A stretch of 64,000 nucleotides of DNA. Source: Octopus vulgaris. Its lineage: Eukaryota. Positions within the stretch are counted from its first letter, which is position 1, and each line of letters opens with the position of its first letter. Positions 39,328 to 51,921 of this stretch are shown piece after piece. The stretch is taken from NCBI GenBank assembly GCA_951406725.2, contig OX597827.1, positions 19,406,001 to 19,470,000 on the forward strand. The letters run 5' to 3'. The notes below the pieces were generated by a model. The model was not told the origin of the DNA and ran no database searches. It saw only the letters and a program-made list of their open reading frames with translations. The position numbers and the translations under genes were made by a program.

Positions 39328-40818
39328 CTGAGAAACCTTCAGCAGTTTGGTACACTGAACAACCGCCTGAATCAGAACAGCAAGTCAAACCACCCCAGAA
39401 GCCGCCCCATAAGCACCCCCAGAAGCCACCACCTAAGCCCCCCCATAAATCTCAGTTAGGGCCAACAACTTGGTATGTGGATCCAGAAGAATCAACAAGA
39501 TCTCAAAAGAAAAAGAAAGTTCCTGGAAGACCACCATGCAGTCCATTAGAAATGACAAAGGCAGACGACCAACAGCCATTACAGACAACTGATGAGAGAG
39601 ATGACAGCCCCCAACAGGAATCAGATAGAGACTCTTCAGGAAACAGAAACAGTAGTAATGCCTTTGAAAAATATCACAACTCTTTTAAGACATCAATTGA
39701 AAACCTTTCTAAATCCTATGAAGGTTCTCAGACATCTCTCTTAGATCTTGACGATAAAGTTCATGTAGATGATAAGAAAATATTGCATCCAAAGTCAGAT
39801 ATTCTGAAGAGGCGTCCACCTGAGCCACCAAGACCAAAATCACTACCAAATTCAGATTTATCTAAACAACCTTTGCAAAAACATACCTGCCCAGCAGTGG
39901 CACCTCCTCCAAAACCCAAAGTTCCTCCTCAGAAACAAGAAATAATACTAGACACACCACCATCACCCGTTCCAAAAACGTCAGAAATAGACTCCAAGAA
40001 CACAAATGTAGCGTTAAAAGAAACTGGAGATTTGGAAGACACAAATGTTAAAAGTGAATCTTCTGGGGTACTTGATTCAATCAACCAATTTGAACATGCT
40101 CCAAATTCATTGATATCTCCTCCAAAATCACCTAAACCTGTGGACGACACGTCCAATATTTGTGATAATATAAAAACGACAGAAATGCAACCAAATCAAA
40201 GTGAAACTGCAGATGTTATAAACACGTCTCAGGAAAATCTTGTTTGTTCTGATGAGAATGAAAACTTAACAAACGTTATTCAAAACGAGACTTTTAATGA
40301 AATGGCTAACAACAATTTCTCTTCTTCAAAATCTAATTTGACGCAGGAAACAATTGAGTTGGTTGATGAAAATGCTAATGAAAATGCGGCTGACTCTACG
40401 ACCTCAGGTGACTTAACTGAAGCAGAACTCAAAATTGAAAATTCCATTACTAAACAATCTTTGCCTTACAACAAAATGTCCAATAGCCTTAATACTCGCA
40501 GTGTGAATCTCATAAAGGACTTAAAGAGTAGTTTTGAGAAATCTTCATTGGAAGGTTCTACTGAAGACATAGAGGAAAGCTCAGTGACAGCAACAGCAGA
40601 TGATTCAACTCGAGAAGGGGAGAGCTCAGTACAAGAAATGCTTGAACATACAGATAATGTTGTGCAGAACTCGCTTGAGGTTGAGGATAGCTCTTCAGTT
40701 ATTGCAGAGGGTTTGCATGAAAGAGCTGTGGAGAGTTTGTTTGATGTAAAACCAAATCAAGCAGTGGAAAGTTCCTCTGAAGTGGTTCAAGATACAAATA
40801 AAATGAATTCAGGGAAAG
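39328..40818 (+). CDS. SH3-domain protein large coding exon (Pro-rich, then acidic)
   Basis: Strong T-tract-ag acceptor, gtaaga donor, 1491 nt open, phase 1-1. Confidence 0.9.
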
Positions 40819-41258
40819 GTAAGAAAGAATATTGTGAGAATTTCTGTTAATTCTGAAGGCTTTGTTTGATATTGTTTGCAATGATTTATCTAAGAGTTTT
40901 GGTATATCCAGTTAGGTAAATGTCAGGATAAAAATAAAATGAATTCAGGGAAAGGTAAGAAAGAATATTGTGAGAATTTCTGTTAATTCTGAAGGCTTTG
41001 TTTGATATTGTTTACAATGATTTATCTAAGAGTTTTGGTATATCCAGTTAGGTAAGTGTATACGTGAATATGTGTATGAAAATGGATAGATATTATAAAT
41101 CCATTGAATTAACATTTAATATAATAAGTACTAGCATTAATTATTTTTATATTATCTGAGCAGTGAAGCACTAAACTCTAGATAGTATAAAGCTACCTGC
41201 CCAACTGTGCTTTCTTTAACATATGATGATTTTGAGAAGTCGTTCTCTCCCTCGATAG

Positions 41259-41346
41259 ATCCAGAAATTAAGATCAAATTGAAACCCAAACCACAGAGGC
41301 CACCTTCTTTACCTTCATCACTCTGCTGCACATCAGTAAAAGCCAG
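41259..41346 (+). CDS. SH3-domain protein coding exon
   Basis: gatag / gtaaga, phase 1-2; PEIKIKLKPKPQRPPSLP. Confidence 0.8.
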
Positions 41347-41443
41347 GTAAGAAAGCTGTCAACAGGTTGTTTGGTAAGTTAAGAAAACTAGAATGGATTG
41401 TATTATTATTAAGAGCGTTTTGCTTTTGTCTAAAATACATGAA

Positions 41444-41721
41444 AAGTATATTCTGTTGTGTCTGGGGAGAGTCATTCTCTTTTAGTGCTTTATTATTTAA
41501 AACACTCACTGGTAAAATTTCCACTTATTTCTTATTTTTATTTCCTAAAATTTTTGTTGCATCTTGCAACCTTTTCAATAGTTTTGACTCTCTAGAGAGT
41601 CAAAACTATTGAAAAGGTTGCAAGACGCAACAAAAATTTTAGGAAATTTTACCGGTGAGTGTGTTAAATAAAAACGCACTAAAAGAGAATGACTCTCCCC
41701 AGGCACAACAGAATATGCTTC
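41444..41721. repeat. Near-perfect palindrome with no spacer
   Basis: Centre GACTCTCT|AGAGAGTC at 41593/41594; arms about 130-150 bp. Confidence 0.93.
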
Positions 41722-42333
41722 AACACACGAACTCATATAAAGAATCTTGCAAACCAAATCCAAAAACGAAACATGAAAAGTAGTTGCTGCTACTACCGAA
41801 TTCTAGTTAATATTATCTTGACTATTATGGTGATGAAATTTGTACAAGCAAGATCCTTGTAAATAGTCTACTTTCTGGGGGGTTTTTTCTCTCAGTTTCA
41901 CTTCATTTGCATCACTAATGACACTCAAAGAGGCATAAATGTCATCTAATGAAGTTTTATCCATTTATTTTTCTCCTACTAGATGTGAGTAGCCATAAGC
42001 ATCCCTCTACAGGAACCTACTCTGTCCTATCCACCCCTTATAGTAATTCCTTGGTCCCTTAGCATGAAACTGACCCCCCTCCACCTCCCCCAGGATTGGT
42101 AGTCTTGCAAACTGCATTGCAATCTCAATAGTGCAGGTGGCACAAACAAAGCACTCAATCCACATTGTAAAGTGGTTGGTGTTAAGAAGGGCATCCAACC
42201 ATAAAAAAGAAAACCATGCCAAAGTAAACATTGGAGTTTGATGCAATCCTTGGATAATATCAGATCCTGTCAAATCGTCCAACCCATGCCTGCATGGAAT
42301 ATAGATGTTAGATAAGGATAAGGAGAAATATTG

Positions 42334-42740
42334 TTTCGACCCTGTGCTTGAGGAGATCTATTGAGTCAAGTACACCAACATCAAAAATCGATGGAAACTG
42401 TAGTTGTGATCCCTGGGCCGGTGGCACGTAAAAAGCCCCATCCAAACGTGGCTGATGCCAGTACCGCCTTGACTGGCTTCCGTGCTGGTGGCACATAAAA
42501 AGCACCAATCTGATCGTGGCCATTGCCAGCCTCGCCTGGCACCTGTGCCGGTGGTACGTAAAAAGCACCCACTACACTCACGGAGTGGTTGGCATTAGGA
42601 AGGGCATCCAGCTTGTAGAAACACTGCGAGATCAGACTGGAGCCTGGTGCAGCCTTCTGGCTTCCCAGAACCCCGGTCGAACTGTCCAACCCATGCTAGC
42701 ATGGAGAACGGACGTTAAACGATGATGATGATGATGATGA
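42334..42740 (+). mobile_element. Family D retroposon
   Basis: Core and (GAT)n tail; an older copy lies at about 42130-42310. Confidence 0.85.
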
Positions 42741-43676
42741 TCAGTGAATCTGAAATATTGTGCTTGCTTATGTTGCCTGTAGTTATAATACATAGAAACA
42801 TGACCGAATAGTAAGGTTTGTACAAGCAACATTCGTGATGTTTAAGGCTCATCAATAGCAACGTGGTCAGGAGACAATCTACACTGTTGAAGTAATGAAA
42901 GTTTGTATAGCTTATCATCATTATTTCAAATGACACTAAAGGTTTTAATTGGCTTTTCAGTCAGTAGTCACAATCAAATAAATACCTATGACATACTGTG
43001 CAAATACTGGTTACATCATGTTCATTTAGTTGTCACTCTTGTCTTTGATAACCAGCTCTACTAATTAACAAAATAACCTATTTCTTGTAGCATTCCTTTC
43101 TTTTGAATGAAATGCTATGAGGAGATGTAGTGTTACATTTTGAGTAGTATTGATACAATATAACAAATCTTTTTTGCTTGTGGTACAGGACTTAAATTCT
43201 ATTTTGGATAAAATTTACATGGTAAGTAAGTACTATGGTATTTTATTGTCGATAAACATATGCCATAGTCTACACGTAAAGCTGTTGCTGTTGGCATTAT
43301 CATTTCACCTGTCAATAAATCATCTTCTTGTTGAATATCTACCTTTGAGGACACATGAAGTGATTCCTTACTTGGAAACAAGCGAGGGTTAGCAGCAAGA
43401 AAGGCATCTAGCCATAAAATAAGGTCTCAATAAATATCTAACCCATGCTAGCATGGGAAAAACAGACAGACAAAGGCTTTCACTGATGTCTTACTCTCTA
43501 TTTTATCTTTCACTAGTAACATGTTTAGTGTCACATGTTTGTGTTCTGCTGCACCATAGCAAAATCAGATTATAATGGTACAGGGTTTGATAGCTTTACT
43601 TTCATGCAACCACATCAATAATCAATGAACTTTGTTTTATTTTTGTTTGTTTATTCGTTGTTAACTTTCATTCCAG

Positions 43677-43753
43677 TTTGAAGCAAGACACTCAACTTCC
43701 AAATGTTGCCACAGGAGAAGTTTCTGCACAGACAGATAAAATGTCAGTTGTAG
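43677..43753 (+). CDS. SH3-domain protein coding exon
   Basis: ttccag / gtgcgt; phase 2-1 exactly bridges the neighbouring exons; LKQDTQLPNVATGEV. Confidence 0.7.
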
Positions 43754-44261
43754 GTGCGTTAGCCATTTCAACTTTTACCTTCTTCTTTGTATCATAATTA
43801 ATGTACACCCTAAGTTCATCAGGAGTCACTGCCAATATGTTTGACTGGTACTTACTTTATCAATCCTTAAAGGATGAAAGGCAAAGTCAACCTCGGCAGA
43901 ATTTGAACTCAGAACGTAACGAGATTATAGGTTATTAAAATAAAGAAGTAATGTATTAAATAGACTTGGAAGCATGATATTAAGATATGCAAGCAACACT
44001 TTACCTGTTGTATGCAAGGCACCAATTTAATGTTTTCAGTAAGACTCATTTGTTCTTTATCTACAGGTAACATTTTAGTTGTTTCAGAAAGTGTCTAATA
44101 CAGTGGTTCCCAAACTATGAGTTGCGACCCATCTGTGGGTCGCGAACGGAATCTTAGTGGGTTGCAAAAAGTTATAAAATTACACATTAGCTTCGATTAA
44201 CTGCTGTCTATCTATTAACAACCGAAATTATGACTGTTTTGAAACATTTGAAACTTTTATA

Positions 44262-44759
44262 ATGGAGAATAAAGCAAAAGTTGATGATGCTATAATCATT
44301 GAGATATCTGAACACTTGAATAAGTTAAATGAAAGTTTTGAAGTTTATTTTCATAAAGAGATGAATACTATGCAACCGAAAAGATGGATTATGAACCCCT
44401 TTCAGCCTGACTTTGACGACTGGAATATCAACAAAACCGATGAGAAACTTATCGATTTATCTGAAGACTCTTCTTTGAAAATGACTTTTAACACCCGAAA
44501 ATTGGTACAGTTCTGGGCGTCTCTTCAAACCTCGTACCCAATCATTTCCACCGAAGCACTAAAAGTACTTCTCCCTTTCACATCATCTTATATTTGTGAA
44601 GCTGGATTTTCAGCAATGGTTGGGATTACAAGCAAATATCGAAATAAACTGCAGCTCTCAAATTCTTTACGCCTGAAACTATCACGCATTGAACCCGATG
44701 TTAATTCTATTATTGAGCGTAGCAAGAAACAGGCTCATCCTTCTCACAGGCCTCACTGA
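44262..44759 (+). pseudogene. hAT transposase C-terminal dimerisation-domain fragment
   Basis: WIMNPF, FWASL, LLPFTSSYICEAGFSAM..KYRNKL, QAHPSH motifs. Confidence 0.88.
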
Positions 44760-44767
44760 AGATGTAA

Positions 44768-45175
44768 TCTTTATATATAAAAGTGAAGTTGTGTGTCTGT
44801 CTCCTACGATTTAGATTCCTAACTACTCCCACATTTTGCGGTGCAGTTTAACCAAAACCGGGTATCTTATAGTCGTGATTCATATCGAGCCCTTCTGGGT
44901 ATTAGCGCGCGTCTATGATGAGTCTACGATTTATAAAAAAATTTACCATCATTTTTTTCCATTTTAATGCATTTTTTCGCTATTATATAAGGGGAGTAAC
45001 TCTCTAAAACTGTCTACGATGAGTCAACGATTTAAAAAAAAATTTACCATCATTTTTTCCCATTTTTAATGCATTTTTTTGCTATTTTTTTGCTATTTTT
45101 TGGCTATAACTCTCTAAAAATGCTTATATAGTTATTTCCCTTACAAACCCGAGCAACGCCGGGCGATACTGCTAG
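44768..45175 (+). mobile_element. Non-autonomous Helitron nested in the hAT
   Basis: A|TC...CCCGAGCAACGCCGGG..CTAG|T. Confidence 0.9.
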
Positions 45176-45210
45176 TCTGAAATAAATTTGTTAATTTCAT
45201 TAATGTTTTT

Positions 45211-45470
45211 ACTCAGCAGAGTTAAGTGGGTCGTCATAAACTGGTGTGATAAATAGTGGGTCACTCAGTAGAGTTAAGTGGGTCGTCATAAACTGGTGTG
45301 ATAAATAGTGGGTCACTCAGTAGAGTTAAGTGGGTCGTCATAAACTGGTGTGATAAATAGTGGGTCACTCAGTAGAGTTAAGTGGGTCGTCATAAACTGG
45401 TGTGATAAATAGTGGGTCACTCAGTAGAGTTAAGTGGGTCGTCATAAACTGGTGTGGTAAATAGTGGGTC
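45211..45470. repeat. 52-bp x5 tandem repeat in the hAT subterminal region
   Basis: Units start at 45211, 45263, 45315, 45367, 45419. Confidence 0.95.
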
Positions 45471-45690
45471 GCGACTCTAAAAAGTTTGGGAACCCCTGGT
45501 CTAATAGCTAAAGGAAGCCTATTACAACTTTGTGTTTTGACATCAACTGCTTAGAGACAATGTTTACCAGATAAGTGTATCAGCAGCACAATGTTTGTTG
45601 GGTTGCAGCATAGTGTTATTGTTAAGTTGGTTTAAAGGGGTCAGGAATATGACATTGGCTCAGTTATAAACAATCTTCGTTAGGACATTT

Positions 45691-46096
45691 GGATCTTTTC
45701 GGTTTGAACAGCAGTTTTTAACATAATTTCTAGGTAACTAAAAAATTTTAAACTTCGTATACTGGTAGAATGTGTTTATAAAACATCTTTTTCTCTTGGC
45801 TTTATTGAGAAAGTTCTACAGTTTGTAAGATATTTGTTGTTTTTTTCTTCTTCAATTTCTGCAATTTCAACCAATCAATGACGTCAATTGAGTTAAAAAA
45901 AACATTCTGTGCCGTATGAATATGTCCCTCGTTTAAGAAACACATTGGGTTTATTTACATTTTTGAAGAAAAAAAAGATAACCCCCCCCCCTAACCCAGA
46001 TTGAAATGCAATAGATCGATACTAGGGTCATAATTATGGGTGACAATTTCATATGACACCGCTAGAAAAAACCTGCCGTTCAAACCGAAAAGATCC
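45691..46096 (-). mobile_element. Family E MITE
   Basis: TIRs; 8-bp TSD GGACATTT. Confidence 0.93.
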
Positions 46097-46196
46097 GGAC
46101 ATTTCTGTCAATTCACTTTGAAAGAGAACTTAAGGTTAACTAGTTAAGAAAAGTAGTGTGATAATCATATTAATGACATCTGCTAAAATCCTATAG

Positions 46197-46306
46197 GTAA
46201 ACAGAAATCTAGCATTGCTGACACTGCTAGGATGAAGGTAACAGAACCTTGTGCAGTTGCAGAATTTAATTTTGACGCTCAAGAACCGGATGAATTATCT
46301 CTAAAG
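46197..46306 (+). CDS. SH3-domain protein exon: SH3-1 N-half
   Basis: PCAVAEFNFDAQEPDELSLK then gtaagt; phase 1-0; acceptor position less certain. Confidence 0.88.
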
Positions 46307-46939
46307 GTAAGTATGTCTTTATTTGTAATAATGATTTCTCGTATTTCTCATTAGACATAAATAATGATGATGATTTTTCATTCTAATTTATTTAAAACTT
46401 TTATGAAACACAAGTTTTTAAGAATTATAAGGAGAAAAATTGAAACATTTGTCATTCATGCCTTTCTCAAGACATAAGTAAACCCAACTTATATTGAAAT
46501 CATACTGTAGATGCAGTTCGATAAGTACTTACTATATTTATGATGAGGAGAGATAAAAATGTCCTTTTAATTTTTGACAACTAGGGTAACATACATTTTT
46601 AAATTAGGGTACAGTAGTAGACAAAATACACAAAACACCAACATAAATAACAAACTTCATAATAATATATAATTTTGAAAATGATTATACAAAAATTATA
46701 TTTGTAATAATAAAAATATACTGATAAAAGAATTTGGACAAACAGTCATACAAAATGGCCAAAGAAGGAAAATAATACTTGGTGACCCTGACAGTGCAGG
46801 TGCCACTTAAAAGCACCCAGTTCACACTGTAAAGTGGTTGGCATTTGGAAGGGCATCAAGCTGTAAAAATCATATCAAAACTGACCTCGCCTGTGCTAGT
46901 GCCATGTAAAATACACTAAGTCCACTCTGCTAAGTGGCT

Positions 46940-47880
46940 GGCTTAAAATCAGAGACAGAAATGATTTATCATTGCAGCCCAGGATCAATGCCTACCTACA
47001 AAAAGCTACCAGGCCAACATCTTAAAGAACGACAGTAACCCAACATGTCGCACATGTAAACAACAAGCAGAAAGCATTGATCTTATTGTCTCCATGTACA
47101 GCCTTCTTGCACCCACAGAGTATCTCAACAGGCGTGATAGAGAAATTCAGTATATTCACTGGGTAATCTGTAAGGGCCTGGACCTGCCACATGATAAAAA
47201 CAGGTGGCAATACAAACCACCCTCAATGCTTGAAAATATGATTGCATCCCACTCCTTTGGAACTTTACTGTTCAAACTGACAGAAAGATTGATGCAAATA
47301 GGCCAGACATTATACTGAAGCTTTCAGACAAATACCATGCCTCCTCAGCGCTATGACTGTCCCAATTGACATAAATGTATATGTCAAGACCTACCAAAAA
47401 CTGAGCAAGTATAAAGATCTTGAAATAGAAATTGACAAGATGTGAAACCTGAAGGCTAGAACCATACCTGTTGTCATAGGCACCCTTGGGATGATCACAG
47501 ATTGGGATGAATCTTCCCTATCTCAGATACCAGGAAATCCAAAATGGAAGAAATTCAAAAAATAGTGCTTGAGGGAACTGCTCATATCCTAAGAAAAATA
47601 TTGTCTATGTAATTCTAAAAACATTTTAATCTGAGAACATTATTGAAAGTACCTTTTACTCTCATCTTAAGATCACACTATCATCTTATCAAATTACTTT
47701 TAAAACAAACTTGACAGACTCTCTCTAGAACAATATTCTGTACAAAACCAAAACTATGGTACCTTAGTCATAATACCGCCTTGAATTTCAAACTTATCTC
47801 TTTAAGTTTCTGGGTGAGACTTGGAGTCAACTTGTACAAATACAAAGCAAAAGTCAAACATATAATAATAATAATGATGA
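46940..47880 (+). mobile_element. R4/Dong-like non-LTR retrotransposon 3' fragment (restriction-like endonuclease)
   Basis: AAQDQ..CRTC..NRPDII..KLSKYKDLEIEI..IPVVIGTLG; frameshifted; ends in (TAA)n. Confidence 0.8.
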
Positions 47881-48703
47881 TGATGACGACGACATCCTGA
47901 TGCAGTACTTATTTACCCTGATACAGTACCTTTGCTCTGATGCAGTACCAGGCAGTGGCTCTCATGGCTTCTGATCTTAACTGATTGGAAGTGTTATCAT
48001 GTACATTGTTTTGTCTTGGTATAAAAGATGGGCTACAGCAAATATTCTGCTCAATACCACAGATTTGATCGTCAGTTGTTTGACCTTAACCAGTTGAGCA
48101 TGTCCCTTAGTGGCTGATGATATGTGCATCTCTGACCATGAGCAGAAGTAGTCGGGGAGCATCATAGCCATGTGTTGAGAGGAATTTGTTGGGGTTTGAA
48201 TAATTCACCTCTGGAAACATGGGTGTTTCATTCTATATCCTTAAACAATCCTTATTCAGGGACCTTTTGAGCGGGATGGGTTACTCGACCAGAAGAAAAT
48301 TCTAACTGGGCCCCACCTGCAAGGTCATGCGAGGTTTATCTTGTTATGAGATCACCATGTCGTGCATATATGGTTGTGATGCATGTGCCTAGTGTACCCT
48401 TATCAGATGGGCTTCATATATTTTACCCCAGTGTCACTTTGATGGCATGCACTGCTCTCTCACTTAATAATAATGATAATAATAATAATAATGATCCTTT
48501 CTACTATAAGCACAAATCCAGAAATTATAGGGGAGCAGGCTAGTTGATTACACCAACCCATGTTTGACTGGTACTTTATCGATTCTGAAAGGATGAAAGG
48601 CAAAGTTGACCTTTGCAGAAATTGAACTCAAAAGATAAAGATGGATGAAAATATGCCAAGCATGTTCTCTGGTTTGCATTTTCTGCCAGCTTGCCACCTT
48701 CAT

Positions 48704-49008
48704 AATCATCATCGTTTAACGTCCGTTCTCCATGCTAGGATGGGTTGGACGGTTCAACCAGGGATCTGGGAAGCCAGAAGGCTGCACCAAGCTCCAGTCT
48801 GATCTGCCAGAGTTTCTACAGCTGGATGCCCTTCCTAATGCCTACCACTCCATGAGTGTAGTGGGTGCTTTTTACATGCCAGGCGAGGCTGGCAACGGCC
48901 ACGATCAGATTGGTGCTATTTATGTGCCATGGGCACGGAAGCCAGTCAAGGCCGTGCTGGCATCGGCCACATTCGGATGGTGCTTTTTACATGCCACCGG
49001 CACGGCAC
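48704..49008 (-). mobile_element. Family D retroposon
   Basis: Reverse complement of the 42334-42740 copy. Confidence 0.85.
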
Positions 49009-49693
49009 CTTAATAGTAATAAGATTTTTAGGATAAAGGTAATGGGAATTTGGTTAATGAATTAGCTGATTGATTAGAGTGTTAACCCTTCCACCACTAT
49101 GTGCTCTGCCTAAATCCTAAACGCTTAAACTCCATGTGATCAAGTTTACATTGTTCAATGTGGTGTAATTCATCACAAGAACAAGGATGTGTCATTAGTT
49201 TGCAGTAAATAAGTTCAAATCCTGTTGGCTTGAAGAAGGTAATGGGACGCTACTCAAGCGAACGGCTACAACTGGATGACTGAATCTTCTGAAGTACTTA
49301 AAAGACCATGAGAATCATTGGACTGTAACTACTAGTTACCTAATATAACAAACTAGAAATTGTTGGATATAATATGCAATATTGTTGTGTAAATTGTAAT
49401 ATACAGATATGGAATTTTATATTGGCATGTACTATAAAGTATATAAAACTTGAAAAATTTCTTTTTAATTTGAAACCTTAAAAATTTTCTCTTTAATTTC
49501 TGTCTTTAAGATTCTTTAAGTTTTAGCATTTGGTATGCTTCTGTTTCAAACCCTTGCTCATTATCTGATTGCTGCAAAATTCTTGCATATCAGCAGTGAT
49601 CATTTCTTGCCAAATTTCTTCTCTTCCTTCATGCTAATTCTTTTACCCCCCCATTTCCAAACTTTGCTTTCTTTTCTATTACTGAATATACAG

Positions 49694-49813
49694 AAAGGTG
49701 ATCGTGTGAGATTACTTACCTGGGTAGATAGCAGTTGGTTATATGGTACCTGTAATGGCTTCAGTGGAATCTTCCCAAAAGGCTTTGTAAAAATTATTCA
49801 GCCACTGTCCAAC
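49694..49813 (+). CDS. SH3-domain protein exon: SH3-1 C-half
   Basis: KGDRVRLLTWVDSSWLYGTCNGFSGIFPKGFVKII; tacag / gtaagt; phase 0-0. Confidence 0.93.
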
Positions 49814-49892
49814 GTAAGTTATGCATAATAGCTTTGACAAATGAGTTTATTGAGATAAGTGACTGCATTTTAAATGTGACAGAGTACATTTA

Positions 49893-50337
49893 ACTCACAC
49901 AAACACTCTCACTCACTCGCTCGCTCACTCACACAAACACACATGCACACACACACAAACATTCACTCACTCTCACATACACACACACTCTCTCACACAC
50001 ACAAACACTCACTCACTCTCACATACACACACTCTCTCTCACATACACACTCTCTCACTCACACACACACACACACAAACACTCATTCACTCTCACATAC
50101 ACACACTCACTCACACTCTCTCACTCACTCACTCACTCACACACACACACACACGAACACTCACTCTCACATACACACACTCTCACACTCACTCACTCAC
50201 TCACACACACTCTCACATACATACACACACACACACTCTCACTCACACACACACACACACACACACATGCGCGCGCACACACACACACACATGCGCGCGC
50301 ACACACACACACACATGCGCGCGCACACACACACACA
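49893..50337. repeat. (CA)/(CT) compound microsatellite
   Basis: Direct inspection. Confidence 0.95.
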
Positions 50338-50919
50338 GCATATGACCATCTAGTTATTGATATTTATGTTGTGGAGTCCTTCTGTTATTTGTAACGTTCA
50401 TAAGAGCACATAGGTTGAATCACACTTATCCGGCAAGCCTGGGACTAGACAGGTGTTGGAGCAGCAGATTTGCTGAACCAGCAAAGCTTAAGGTTAAACA
50501 ATGGCAAAATAATACAAACATTGTACTGTATTACTCAAACCAGTCACAATGTTACAATAGTATAACTTGGTTTCAAGCTTACTGATCTGCTTTATAGCAT
50601 GACTTTACTGCATACTGAAGCAGATGAACAAAAGCTGTTGGCTTACCAAGACTTAAAAACTATGCAAAAATTAAGAAAAGCAGAAACCATTCATTTAACT
50701 TAACTTTTACTGTGAATTTACTTTCAAAATGTATTTGTTTTTACTTAGAATCTAAATAAAAGTCAAGTAGTATCTAGTTGATGTGAATCTGGGTTATCTT
50801 TTGAGGTCTCCCGGACATCATCTGTGATGTCTGAAACTAACAGTGTTCTTGAAATATTTTAAGTTATTCATTCAAAGACTGTTTGTACAGAAATGATCCG
50901 ACCATCATCACAAAACTAT

Positions 50920-51330
50920 TGGGTTGGCAAGAAAGTACTTTCGGTTTTTTAGTGTGAAGTACTAGTCATTTGTTTTTCATACAAAGAATGAACTTTAACC
51001 AATGATATTTTCCATTTTGTTCAGTGACTTTTTGCCGTCTTTCTGGCAACTTCATGATTCCATACTCATAGAACTTCTAATCCTTATCAGCCAAAAAACA
51101 GAAGCAAGAGCAATTTCAGGTCAACATTATTATTGAAAGTTTTACCATTCAAAGAATTTTTTGCAAACTTCAAAATAAATAGAATCTGATGGTGCAAGGC
51201 CAGGGCTTTACAGTGGATATGACATTACTTGCCAACCAAGCTCCAATAATTTTTCACTAGTCAGCAAAGTCATGTGTGGTCTAGCGTTGTCATGTTGGAA
51301 TATGATTCCTCTACGATTTGCCAATTCTGG
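50920..51330 (-). mobile_element. mariner transposase 3' relic
   Basis: HDNARPH..LLELGWQV..SPGLAPSD on - strand. Confidence 0.8.
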
Positions 51331-51508
51331 CTGTGATATTTATAGCAGCACCAACCACCTTAACCCTTCGGCATTTAAACTGGCCATATCTCGCCCAAAT
51401 ATTCTACCCGTTTTGTGTTGGGATTGGCCGTATTCAGCCTCTCATACCTATCCTGTAATGTCATTTCTAAAAATAAACAATCACATCATTGAAATCTAAA
51501 CAAAAAGA

Positions 51509-51921
51509 GGATCTTTTCGGTTTGAACGGCAGTTTTTTCTAGCGGTGTCATATGAAATTGTCACCCATAATTATGACCCTAGTATCGATCTATTGCATTT
51601 CAATCTATTTTAGGATTAGGGGTGGGGGAAGGGTATCTTTTTTTCTTCAGAAATGTAAATAAACCCAATCTGTTTCTTAAACAAGGGACATATTCATACG
51701 GCATAGAATGTTTTTTTACCTCAATAGATGTCATTGATTGGTTGAAATTGCAGAAATGGAAGAAAAAAAAAACAACAAATATCTTACAAACTATAGAATT
51801 TTCTCAATAAAGCCAAGAGAAAAAGATGTTTTATAAACACATTCTACCAGTATACGATGTTTCAAATTTTATAGTTACCTAGAAATTATGTTAAAAACTG
51901 CCGTTCAAACTGAAAAGATCC
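51509..51921 (+). mobile_element. Family E MITE inside a G2 MITE
   Basis: TIRs; 8-bp TSD CAAAAAGA. Confidence 0.93.

Larger units (their letters stand above)
44101..45498 (+). mobile_element. Buster/Charlie-type hAT deletion derivative
   Basis: TIRs CAGTGGTTCCCAAACT / AGTTTGGGAACCCCTG; 8-bp TSD GTCTAATA (nnnTAnnn). Confidence 0.93.

Noticed and set aside
45211-45470. CRISPR-like 52-bp array
   Set aside because: Units are essentially identical end to end and lie within hAT TIRs
47911-48465. Complex, probably repetitive segment, considered as an HDV-like ribozyme or LINE 5' UTR
   Set aside because: Could not build the nested double pseudoknot by eye; single copy in this window
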